Source: Ignavibacteria bacterium
Lineage (GTDB): Bacteria; Bacteroidota; Ignavibacteria; Ignavibacteriales; SURF-24
Direction of reading: 5' to 3'
NCBI GenBank assembly: GCA_025612245.1
Contig: JAAXKQ010000005.1
Span: forward strand, 70,009 to 134,008
Length of the DNA stretch: 64,000 nt
In this document: piece by piece, positions 54,298-61,851 of the stretch
Layout: every line of letters starts with the position of its first letter
Position numbering within the stretch: the stretch's first letter is position 1
Program-made: the position numbers and the translations under genes
The notes under the pieces: model-generated
Seen by the model: only the letters and a program-made list of their open reading frames with translations
Told to the model about the DNA's origin: nothing
Databases searched by the model: none

Positions 54298-55308
54298 TTA
54301 AAGTATTACTGTCCTGCTTTCAAGGGCTGAAGTGTAGCAGGCATCCAGAAGCCTGATGGTTTCATAAGCCTCGGTTATGGACTGATAATTTTCCTTTCCC
54401 GCAAGTATCTTTTCAAAAAAGTCCACGAGCAGCCTTTCGTATAAGACAATGTATGAGCTTTTGTCGGAGGCATCGGGTACCTCAATGTTCTGCACTTTGT
54501 CCGCGTCATACCTTGTAAGGCACTTGCCGTTATAAACCAGGCTTGAGCTGCCGGAGGATATCCTGGCAAGATTCTCCCGGTGGTCGGAAGCCCACGTAAG
54601 GTTGAGTTCAACGATCCCCTTTTCGTATTCAAGCAGTACGAATGAGGAATCCTCTACATTGAGGTACGAATTCCCAAGGTTCTTATTTACCGTAGTGACC
54701 TTAACAGGAGCGCCCATGAGCCAGCTGGCAAGGTATAAGTAGTGAACGCCGGTATCCGAGAGGATTCCGCCGCCGCTGACTTTCCTGTCTGTGCGCCAGC
54801 CCGGGTTGGATCTGAAGTATCCGTTGTCGGCACCGGTTCTATAGACGTTAAACTGAATGAAGATTCCGCCATTCCCATTGTGGCATTCCGTGAAATCCTT
54901 GAACTTCATCCATATAGGCGAATATTTATACTGATGGCATATCGAAAAAGCAAGGCTGCTGTTTTTAATCATCAGCTCAATTCGCTTGGAGTCCGAAACA
55001 TTTTGTGCAAGAGGTTTTTCACAGAGAATGTGCTTATTATTCGTCAGGGCTTTTTCAACGGCTAAGCGGTGAAACGATGGAGGAAGGCAGACGTCGACAA
55101 AGTCGATTGCTTCTTCCTCTAACATGAGGTCAACGTCGTTATAGAACTTAATACCGGGAAATTCCGCATTGACAACTTCCCTCAGGCTTTCATCCATGTC
55201 GCAGACTGCCGTAATTTTTGCCTTTGAGCGGATGTCTGGCCTCAGGTATGCGGGCATGTGTCCCGTCCTGGCAATTTTGCCGAAACCAATAAAAGCGCCA
55301 TTTAACAT
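54298..55308 (-). CDS. Gfo/Idh/MocA-family NAD(P)-dependent oxidoreductase
   Basis: 336 aa. N-terminal Rossmann segment GFGKIARTGHMPAY and the LCEKPLA motif. Confidence 0.8.
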   Translation of the reverse strand: MLNGAFIGFGKIARTGHMPAYLRPDIRSKAKITAVCDMDESLREVVNAEFPGIKFYNDVDLMLEEEAIDFVDVCLPPSFHRLAVEKALTNNKHILCEKPLAQNVSDSKRIELMIKNSSLAFSICHQYKYSPIWMKFKDFTECHNGNGGIFIQFNVYRTGADNGYFRSNPGWRTDRKVSGGGILSDTGVHYLYLASWLMGAPVKVTTVNKNLGNSYLNVEDSSFVLLEYEKGIVELNLTWASDHRENLARISSGSSSLVYNGKCLTRYDADKVQNIEVPDASDKSSYIVLYERLLVDFFEKILAGKENYQSITEAYETIRLLDACYTSALESRTVIL

Positions 55309-56234
55309 ACAGTTATCTCTTCTTCTTGTTTTTCTTTTTCAAACAGTTTTATCTTTTTTAGTACTGAGTCGCTTGCCATTTCATGATAAATGACCACGTG
55401 CAAAAGCAAGCCGTTTAGAACCAGGATTTCAAAAGCAAAGTATATCCATGGAATTCCAATAATAAGCGAAACAAAGAGGCAGATCATTCTGGTATTTGTA
55501 GTAAGGATGTTGTAGAATTTAATTTGCCTGAAAGTATATTCACTGTACATTTGTGACAATCTCTGGGGGAGAATGCCGTCAAAGAATTCCTCTGTTTTTT
55601 GCCTCAGTTCGGAGAATTTTGGCGAGATCATTTCCTGTTCTCTTGTATAGTTAAGGTACAAGAGGGTCCAGAACTTCTGAAACGGTTCTTTCTTCCACTT
55701 AAGTCTTCTGTACTGAGAGCCGATCCTTTCCGCCATATCCAGTTCACTTTTACCGGGTGAAACCACAAAGTGCAGGTAGCCGTTGCGGTAGTGGTCGGCT
55801 ACGGCACTTTGAAGCGAATGGCTTAAGGCAGAGAGCAGGGCAACTAGCCAGACCAACTGACTGCCTTCTAAAGCCGTTCTGAGACATAAGCTGATGTATA
55901 TGCTGAGGAAGATAATGTTTGTTACAAAGCCATCAAGCACTCTTCCAAAGCGGGACTTCCTGTTGGTCATTCTTGCAAGCTGCCCGTCAGCACTATCCAT
56001 TGCTTCTGAAACGATGAGCAGGAGAATACCTGCCAAAGTTAACCTGAATTCGCTGTAATAGAAAAGCCAGCCGGCCAGTACTCCTAGAAACATACCTGTG
56101 AATGATATGGCATTCGGAGTGACTTTAATTTTTTTGCAGGCCCTGGCAATCAGGTAGCCTAAGGGCCTGTAAAACTTAATGTCGAGCCACTCTTCTGTTT
56201 CCCTGGCTTTATATGTTGATTCTATCAGCGACAT
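55302..56234 (-). CDS. CDP-alcohol phosphatidyltransferase-family membrane protein (non-canonical motif)
   Basis: 310 aa, polytopic. D80-SA-D83-G-QL-A-R-(x8)-G97-RVL-D101-GFV-T105. The last Asp of the canonical D(x2)DG(x2)AR(x8)G(x3)D(x3)D motif is Thr (ACA codon checked in the DNA). Confidence 0.75.
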   Translation of the reverse strand: MSLIESTYKARETEEWLDIKFYRPLGYLIARACKKIKVTPNAISFTGMFLGVLAGWLFYYSEFRLTLAGILLLIVSEAMDSADGQLARMTNRKSRFGRVLDGFVTNIIFLSIYISLCLRTALEGSQLVWLVALLSALSHSLQSAVADHYRNGYLHFVVSPGKSELDMAERIGSQYRRLKWKKEPFQKFWTLLYLNYTREQEMISPKFSELRQKTEEFFDGILPQRLSQMYSEYTFRQIKFYNILTTNTRMICLFVSLIIGIPWIYFAFEILVLNGLLLHVVIYHEMASDSVLKKIKLFEKEKQEEEITVC

Positions 56235-57570
56235 CAGTAAATACTTCCTCCATTATTTCAAGACCTTCCTCTGCAACTTCCTCTGAAATGACAAGGGGAG
56301 GATTAATTCTAATGTTAGGGTTATATCCCATCGTGATTAAACCACGCTTCAGGCATTCCTTAAATATAATCTTTGCGGTTTCCTTGTCGAGCTTTTCCTT
56401 GGTATCCCTGTTCTTAACCAGTTCCACGCCAATCATAAGGCCTCTTCCGCGCACTTCACCTATGAAGGGGAATTTTTCCTGCATTTTCTTTAGTCTTTCA
56501 ATCATAAAAGCGCCTACGCGCGCTGAATTTTCTACCAGTCCTTCTTCCAGAATGGTGCTGATTGCAGCGTATGCTCCTGTTGAAGCCAGCGGGTTTCCGC
56601 CATAGCTGGAAGAACTGCCTGAAGGATTTGCAAACGGTTTAGCATTTATTATTTCATCGCGCGACATGAGCCCTGTCATCGGGAAGCCGCCGCCAAAACC
56701 CTTGCCTATGGTCATAATGTCCGGTACAACGCCTTCGTGCTGAACGCCGAACATTTTGCCCGTTCTGCCGAATCCCGTTATCATTTCGTCTGCAATGAGT
56801 AAGGCGCCGATTTCATGGGCGAGATCCTTAAGGCCCTGCAGAAATCCCGGCGGGGGCACTATGTTACCGGCTGTACCCTGAATAGGTTCAACAATAATTG
56901 CGGCAACGTTGTTGGTGGTTTCGTACCTGACTTTGTTTCTTATAAAGTCAATGCAGGCGAACTTGCAGCCCGGGAGCGAATTGTTGAAAGGGCAATGCCT
57001 GCAGTCGGCATAGGGAGTCAAATACCGTCCGGCGGGTAAAGGTCCCATTTCGTTTTTGAAGGTATCGCCAAGGAGTCCAAGCACGCCGGCAGTCTTTCCG
57101 TGGAAGCCGTTCCAGAAGCCGATAAATTCGGTTTTCCTGGTGTAAGATTTTGCGAGCCTCAGGGCCGCCTCTACGGCCTCGGCGCCGGAGCTGTAGAACT
57201 GCGTCCTGCAGAGGTCCCCGACTGCAATTGAGGCAAGGAGTTTGGAGAGTTTTGCCCTGTTCTCGGAGGTGAAGCTTCCCACGTGGATCCTGGATACCTG
57301 TTCCTGCATCATCTTTACGTATTTGGGATGATTATAGCCCAGGCTGGCAACTCCAACTCCCGCAAAGAAGTCGATGTAGCGGTTGCCGTCGACGTCCTCA
57401 ATTATGGCACCTTCTCCCTTTTTTACCACAATTTGGGATAATGTCGCAATTGTCTGTGTGCCCGGAGCAATATATTTTTGCTCCTCTTCGAAAATTTCCA
57501 GGGACTTTTTGCCTGGTACTTCAGTAACGATTGAGGAAAATTTCCTCTTGTTTTCAGTATTGGTATACAT
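56209..57570 (-). CDS. Class-III (GABA-AT/acetylornithine-AT-like) PLP aminotransferase
   Basis: 453 aa. SGAEAVEAALRLA, LIADEMITGFGRTGKMFG, and the PLP-Lys region DIMTIGKGFGGGFP. Confidence 0.85.
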   Translation of the reverse strand: MYTNTENKRKFSSIVTEVPGKKSLEIFEEEQKYIAPGTQTIATLSQIVVKKGEGAIIEDVDGNRYIDFFAGVGVASLGYNHPKYVKMMQEQVSRIHVGSFTSENRAKLSKLLASIAVGDLCRTQFYSSGAEAVEAALRLAKSYTRKTEFIGFWNGFHGKTAGVLGLLGDTFKNEMGPLPAGRYLTPYADCRHCPFNNSLPGCKFACIDFIRNKVRYETTNNVAAIIVEPIQGTAGNIVPPPGFLQGLKDLAHEIGALLIADEMITGFGRTGKMFGVQHEGVVPDIMTIGKGFGGGFPMTGLMSRDEIINAKPFANPSGSSSSYGGNPLASTGAYAAISTILEEGLVENSARVGAFMIERLKKMQEKFPFIGEVRGRGLMIGVELVKNRDTKEKLDKETAKIIFKECLKRGLITMGYNPNIRINPPLVISEEVAEEGLEIMEEVFTDVADRINI

Positions 57571-58375
57571 TTTCTAACGCCTTTTTATGAATGAGTTGTG
57601 CAATATTTTTAGCTGCATCATCCCTGACCGGGGCGAAGCTTGGCCAGTCATTTACGTCGATTACAGACATACTGCCGTCCGGGGAAACAATAACGTCGCC
57701 CCCGAAAATCTCTACGCCAAGGACTTCTGCCGACAAGAATGCGAGGCTTTTTAATTCGTTTTGGTCAAATTTTATGTTCTGGTTCCCGCTGGTAAAATAC
57801 CAGTGGAAGAACCCGGTGCCCTGAATGCCGTAATATTTAATTGTGCTGCCCGGGAGGTGCTCTTGAATTACGGCTTCATAAATTCCGCGCCTTTCAAAAT
57901 CCCTGAGTGTAGACTGAAGTTCGGGTAGGGAACTGATAAGCGTGACATCTTCCTTGTGCTCGGCGTGAACGTCGCCGCGTTTAAGCCATAGCTGTTTTGC
58001 GTTAAACAGCCTGAAATAATCTACATCCCTGTTAGTAATGTCAAGTACGAGACTTTTGGGGAACGGTATGTCTGCATTTGTCAAAAGGTAAGTCATCTGA
58101 ATCCTGTAGGTATTTAGCGCCGAGGACGGCGTATTTACAACAGCAGCACCCCTGCTTTCGAATTCCTGAACCCTTTTGATTCCGGCAAGGCCCTGGGCCA
58201 TTGAAAATATGAGCTCTTCACTGATGTCGTTAGTTTCAATAAATCCTTCATCATAAATTGTTACCTCATGCCCGAGCTTTCTTAGAATTTCTGCCGTTTT
58301 AACGATAATTTGTGCGTCATTTGTAATATGATTCGGAGAATATGTTTCTTTTCTGCTTATGCCTGCAATTTTCAC
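57554..58375 (-). CDS. ATP-grasp protein (ligase- or inositol-phosphate-kinase-like)
   Basis: 273 aa. LWLKRGDVHAEHKEDV, VIQEHLPGSTIKYYG, and a C-terminal FGGDVIVSPDGSMSVIDVNDWPSF resembling the xIDxNxFP motif of ATP-grasp kinases and ligases. Confidence 0.65.
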   Translation of the reverse strand: MKIAGISRKETYSPNHITNDAQIIVKTAEILRKLGHEVTIYDEGFIETNDISEELIFSMAQGLAGIKRVQEFESRGAAVVNTPSSALNTYRIQMTYLLTNADIPFPKSLVLDITNRDVDYFRLFNAKQLWLKRGDVHAEHKEDVTLISSLPELQSTLRDFERRGIYEAVIQEHLPGSTIKYYGIQGTGFFHWYFTSGNQNIKFDQNELKSLAFLSAEVLGVEIFGGDVIVSPDGSMSVIDVNDWPSFAPVRDDAAKNIAQLIHKKALENVYQY

Positions 58376-58426
58376 TTTTCAATCTTCCTGTTGTTGATTC
58401 CGGGTTATGATAAATTTGAAGTTTTT

Positions 58427-59389
58427 CTAAAAGACAGACACCTTAAGGTACCTGCTGGGGTTTTCCCTGATGTCATTTGTCAGAGAATTCAGGTTTTCAA
58501 TTGCATTATTTAATTTTTTGTAAAGGTTCTTGTCCGACATGAGTCCGTTAATGACAGAGCTGTCCTGGTCGGCTTTGGCAATTATGCTGTTAAACTTTGC
58601 AGCGGCAGTATTGATCCTCCTGTAAAGGGAGTCGCTTGCGGCAAGCTGTCCCAGGGTTCCTTTGCCGTTATTAATGCCGGCGGCAAGTCTGGAAATGTTT
58701 TCAGAAGCTGAAGTAAGATTTGTATAAAGCTGCTTATCATAAAGCAGGCTGCCGAGTGAGCCTTTAGTGCTTTTGATGTCACTGATGAGCATGTTTATGT
58801 TATTCAATGCACCCGAAACCTCGTTTGCAGTCCTTTTTGTTTTAATGAGTTCACCGATTGTGCCCTTACCGGCATTGATGGAATCTGTCATGTCTGAAAC
58901 GTTATTCAGTATATTGTTCAGTTTGTCGATGCCGGGTACAATTTTGCCTGCAACGTTTTCGAGGTTAAGCCCTTCGGAAAGGGGGATTGTTGCGTTATCG
59001 GCCAATGCCTGTTCACCGGGATTGCCGAGCGTGATATTGATAAACTTATCTCCAAGAATTCCAATGCTGCTGATGCTGGCAACTGAGTTCACGGTTATGC
59101 GGCCCTGGTATTCCTTTAATATCCTGAGCCTGATCTTAATTGCGTCGCGGCTATTTGATGGAACAAAATCCATGCTCTCGACATCACCGATCTTGAAGCC
59201 GCCTAAAGTAACGGGAGCTCCTTTGACCAGGCCGATGGTATTATCTGTATAAATAAACAGCGAGTACGTCTTTGAAAAGAAATAGTCATCTGTCCCAATT
59301 AAAATGATAAAGATCATCAAAACTGCGATGCCGCTAAAGACAGTCAATCCGACCTTCAGGTTTACTTTTTTCTCATTTTGTTCCGGCAT
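58427..59389 (-). CDS. mlaD: MlaD/MCE-domain protein
   Basis: 320 aa. N-terminal TM helix, an MCE domain (GLVKGAPVTLGGFKIGDVESM), and a long helical C-terminal extension. Confidence 0.8.
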   Translation of the reverse strand: MPEQNEKKVNLKVGLTVFSGIAVLMIFIILIGTDDYFFSKTYSLFIYTDNTIGLVKGAPVTLGGFKIGDVESMDFVPSNSRDAIKIRLRILKEYQGRITVNSVASISSIGILGDKFINITLGNPGEQALADNATIPLSEGLNLENVAGKIVPGIDKLNNILNNVSDMTDSINAGKGTIGELIKTKRTANEVSGALNNINMLISDIKSTKGSLGSLLYDKQLYTNLTSASENISRLAAGINNGKGTLGQLAASDSLYRRINTAAAKFNSIIAKADQDSSVINGLMSDKNLYKKLNNAIENLNSLTNDIRENPSRYLKVSVF

Positions 59390-59398
59390 ATGATTCCA

Positions 59399-60151
59399 CT
59401 ACTGATTATTTTGGATTAATGTTGCATCCTGGAAGATTTCATAAAAGAATTCTTGAACGAAGACGTTTTTGGACTGCAGAATTTCCCTGGTTTTGCCCGA
59501 GGCAACAATTCTGCCATCCTTAATGACAGTCAGGGCGTCGCCAATTGAAATAGCGTCGTTAAGAATGTGAGTGACTATTACGGATGTTGTTCCTGCCGCC
59601 CTGAGTTTATTTATAAGGTCGAGTATTGCCTTTGAATTTATGGGGTCCAGCCCCGTCGTCGGTTCATCGAACAAAATAATTTCCGGCCTTGTGGCAAGAG
59701 CCCGGGCAATAGCAAGGCGCTTTTTCATCCCCCCGCTTAACTGATCGGGATACAGGCTTTCAGTCCCGCTGAGATTTACAAAAGAAAGCATCTCGCGCAC
59801 TCTCTCCCTGAGGTCCTTCTTTGAAATATCCGAATTATAGGCTAAAAAGTATGCTACGTTGTCCTCAACATTAAGTGAATCGAAGAGAGCGTTGGCCTGG
59901 AAGACCATTGAAATATTTCTTCTTACCTTAAGGAGGTCGTCACTTTTTAGCTCAAAAATGTTTTTCCCGTTAATATTAACAGAGCCGGCGTTGATCTTTT
60001 CCAAGCCAAGAATGACTTTAAGAATAGTGCTTTTACCGGCGCCGCTGGGCCCCAGGATTACGGAGGTTGTTCCCTTGTCTATCTTAAGAGAAACATCTTT
60101 AAGAATGTCTCTACCATCTATATTCAGGTCTACATTTATTATTTCGATCAT
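59399..60151 (-). CDS. mlaF: MlaF-like ABC ATPase
   Basis: 250 aa. Walker A GPSGAGKST, signature LSGGMKKRLAIARAL, Walker B IILFDEPTTGLD, H-loop VTHIL. Confidence 0.85.
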   Translation of the reverse strand: MIEIINVDLNIDGRDILKDVSLKIDKGTTSVILGPSGAGKSTILKVILGLEKINAGSVNINGKNIFELKSDDLLKVRRNISMVFQANALFDSLNVEDNVAYFLAYNSDISKKDLRERVREMLSFVNLSGTESLYPDQLSGGMKKRLAIARALATRPEIILFDEPTTGLDPINSKAILDLINKLRAAGTTSVIVTHILNDAISIGDALTVIKDGRIVASGKTREILQSKNVFVQEFFYEIFQDATLIQNNQ

Positions 60152-60157
60152 GGCTTA

Positions 60158-60928
60158 TTACATTATCTCCCAGACAACTTTCGTAAAGATAAAATCGAGC
60201 ATTAGTACGACAGTAGATGAAACGACTACCGAACTGATTGCGTTTTTACCAAGGTTTACTGTACCTCCTTTTGTATTAAGTCCGTAGTAGCAGCTGATGC
60301 ATCCGATAAAGAAAGAAAAGAAAACGGGTTTCATTACGCCAACAAACAGGTCTTTAAATTCAAGAACCTTTATGGCCGTACTCCAGAAATAACTCAGGTC
60401 TATGTGGAAAGTAGTATTTGTAATAAACATTCCACCAATAATTCCTGTGACGTCGGCAATCAGTGTCAGTGGCAAAAACATAATTACGGCCGCAGCCACG
60501 CGCGGGAGAACAAGCTTTTCGACTGGGTTAATTCCATAAGCCCTTAGGGCATCCACCTGTTCTGAGAGCTGCATGGCACCAATTTCTGAAGTGTTTTTGG
60601 CTCCTGTCCTTGCGGCAAGCAGAATGCCGCAGATAGCAGGACCCAGTTCCCTAACAATTCCCAGTGAGACTGTACGGCTTACGAGCAGCGTAGCACCGAA
60701 TTTTTCCAGGTTATGTCCGCTTTCAATTGCAAGAATTACTCCTGAGAAGAGTCCCCCGAGAATTGCAAGCAGAAGTGCCTGGCTTCCGATTACGTACATC
60801 TCCCATACTGTCTCCTTTCGGTTTTTCTTCAGCGTGCCGAAAGATCTGAAAATCTCCAGCGTAAGAAGCGAAAAATCCTGCAGGTGTTTTATCAGGTTAA
60901 CAAATGACCCGCTTTTGGAAAGCCTCAT
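60158..60928 (-). CDS. mlaE: MlaE-family ABC permease
   Basis: 256 aa. IVRELGPAICGILLAARTGAKNTSEIGAMQLSEQVDALRAYGINP is the MlaE/YrbE signature region. Confidence 0.85.
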   Translation of the reverse strand: MRLSKSGSFVNLIKHLQDFSLLTLEIFRSFGTLKKNRKETVWEMYVIGSQALLLAILGGLFSGVILAIESGHNLEKFGATLLVSRTVSLGIVRELGPAICGILLAARTGAKNTSEIGAMQLSEQVDALRAYGINPVEKLVLPRVAAAVIMFLPLTLIADVTGIIGGMFITNTTFHIDLSYFWSTAIKVLEFKDLFVGVMKPVFFSFFIGCISCYYGLNTKGGTVNLGKNAISSVVVSSTVVLMLDFIFTKVVWEIM

Positions 60929-61650
60929 ATAATCCTGCCAGAGTGTTTATCTTTAATTTCACTCAAGAACAGCTCGGCCTGCTTTATGTCCGAGATATGG
61001 TCTATGTCAATCATTTTTGAAAAAGAGAATCCTTTCAGCACATAGCCTTCGGAGACCAGAAGGCGCAGGAAGTTTCTCAGCCTTTCAATTCTGTATTTAA
61101 GGGCTCTTTGCACCTCGTTAAAAATTTCAGGCGTAAAATAATAAAGGCCGCCTGTAGCCCAGCTGTAGCCTTCCTTGTTGTCACTGAATTTCAGTATCCT
61201 GTCGTTATCATCCAGTGCAACGCATAAAGGTTTTTCATCATCGATAAAGTTGGTAATGGCAAGCACGCCGTCGGTGTCATTTTGAATCTTGGCATAGCTT
61301 ATATAATCTGAAAATTCCGATTCATCAAAGACTGAATCCACCGTAGCCATGCAGAAAGGTTCCCCCTTAAGCAAAGGTGAGAGCTCGAAGAGGCTGTGCA
61401 TAGAGCTGGGGGTGGATTTGACGATCAGTTGCAGTGGAATGCCAAAATCAGCCTCGGTGAGATACTGCCTCAGCAAATGCTCCTTTTCATTTATTATGCA
61501 GCACGCCCTGTCAATCCCGTTTTCCCTGGCAATGCGGAGTGTCCTTTCAATCAGGTATTCCCCGTTAAGTGAGATCAGATGTTTCGGAACCTGGAGGCCT
61601 TCACTTCTGAGCCTTGAGCTTTCGCCTGCGCCGATAATTGCCAAATTCAT
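60925..61650 (-). CDS. Nucleotidyltransferase (NTP_transferase fold; candidate inositol-phosphate cytidylyltransferase)
   Basis: 241 aa. N-terminal IIGAGESSRL (GxGxRL-type nucleotide-binding loop) and PKHLISLNGEYLIERTL. First gene of the operon. The substrate assignment comes from context only. Confidence 0.65.
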   Translation of the reverse strand: MNLAIIGAGESSRLRSEGLQVPKHLISLNGEYLIERTLRIARENGIDRACCIINEKEHLLRQYLTEADFGIPLQLIVKSTPSSMHSLFELSPLLKGEPFCMATVDSVFDESEFSDYISYAKIQNDTDGVLAITNFIDDEKPLCVALDDNDRILKFSDNKEGYSWATGGLYYFTPEIFNEVQRALKYRIERLRNFLRLLVSEGYVLKGFSFSKMIDIDHISDIKQAELFLSEIKDKHSGRII

Positions 61651-61702
61651 TTTTCGGAATCTGCCTTTTATTATATTTATGTTAATTGTTTTTGAATTAA
61701 TA

Positions 61703-61717
61703 GCTAAAGGCGTGCCA
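61703..61717 (-). promoter_or_regulatory. Sigma-54 (-24/-12) promoter of the inositol operon
   Basis: The minus strand reads TGGCACG-CCTT-TAGC (61717 to 61703), compared with the consensus TGGCACG-N4-TTGC. The GG and GC dinucleotides have correct spacing. The -12 GC lies about 53 nt upstream of the ATG at 61650. Confidence 0.65.
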
Positions 61718-61740
61718 TAACGAGGCAGCAGGAAGATGGC

Positions 61741-61770
61741 CCAAAGGGGGCGAAATTCCCCTGGCTTTGG
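61741..61770. promoter_or_regulatory. Imperfect palindrome in the divergent intergenic region
   Basis: CCAAAGGGGG-cgaaatt-CCCCtggCTTTGG. Lies 25-55 bp upstream of the -24 element (minus-strand sense) and about 80 bp upstream of the activator gene. Confidence 0.4.
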
Positions 61771-61851
61771 AAAACGGTTGCTTAAATAAAAGCACTCCCT
61801 TATTTTAGTTTCTTAAATACAAGCATTCAGGTAAAAATCGGGAAATGCAGC

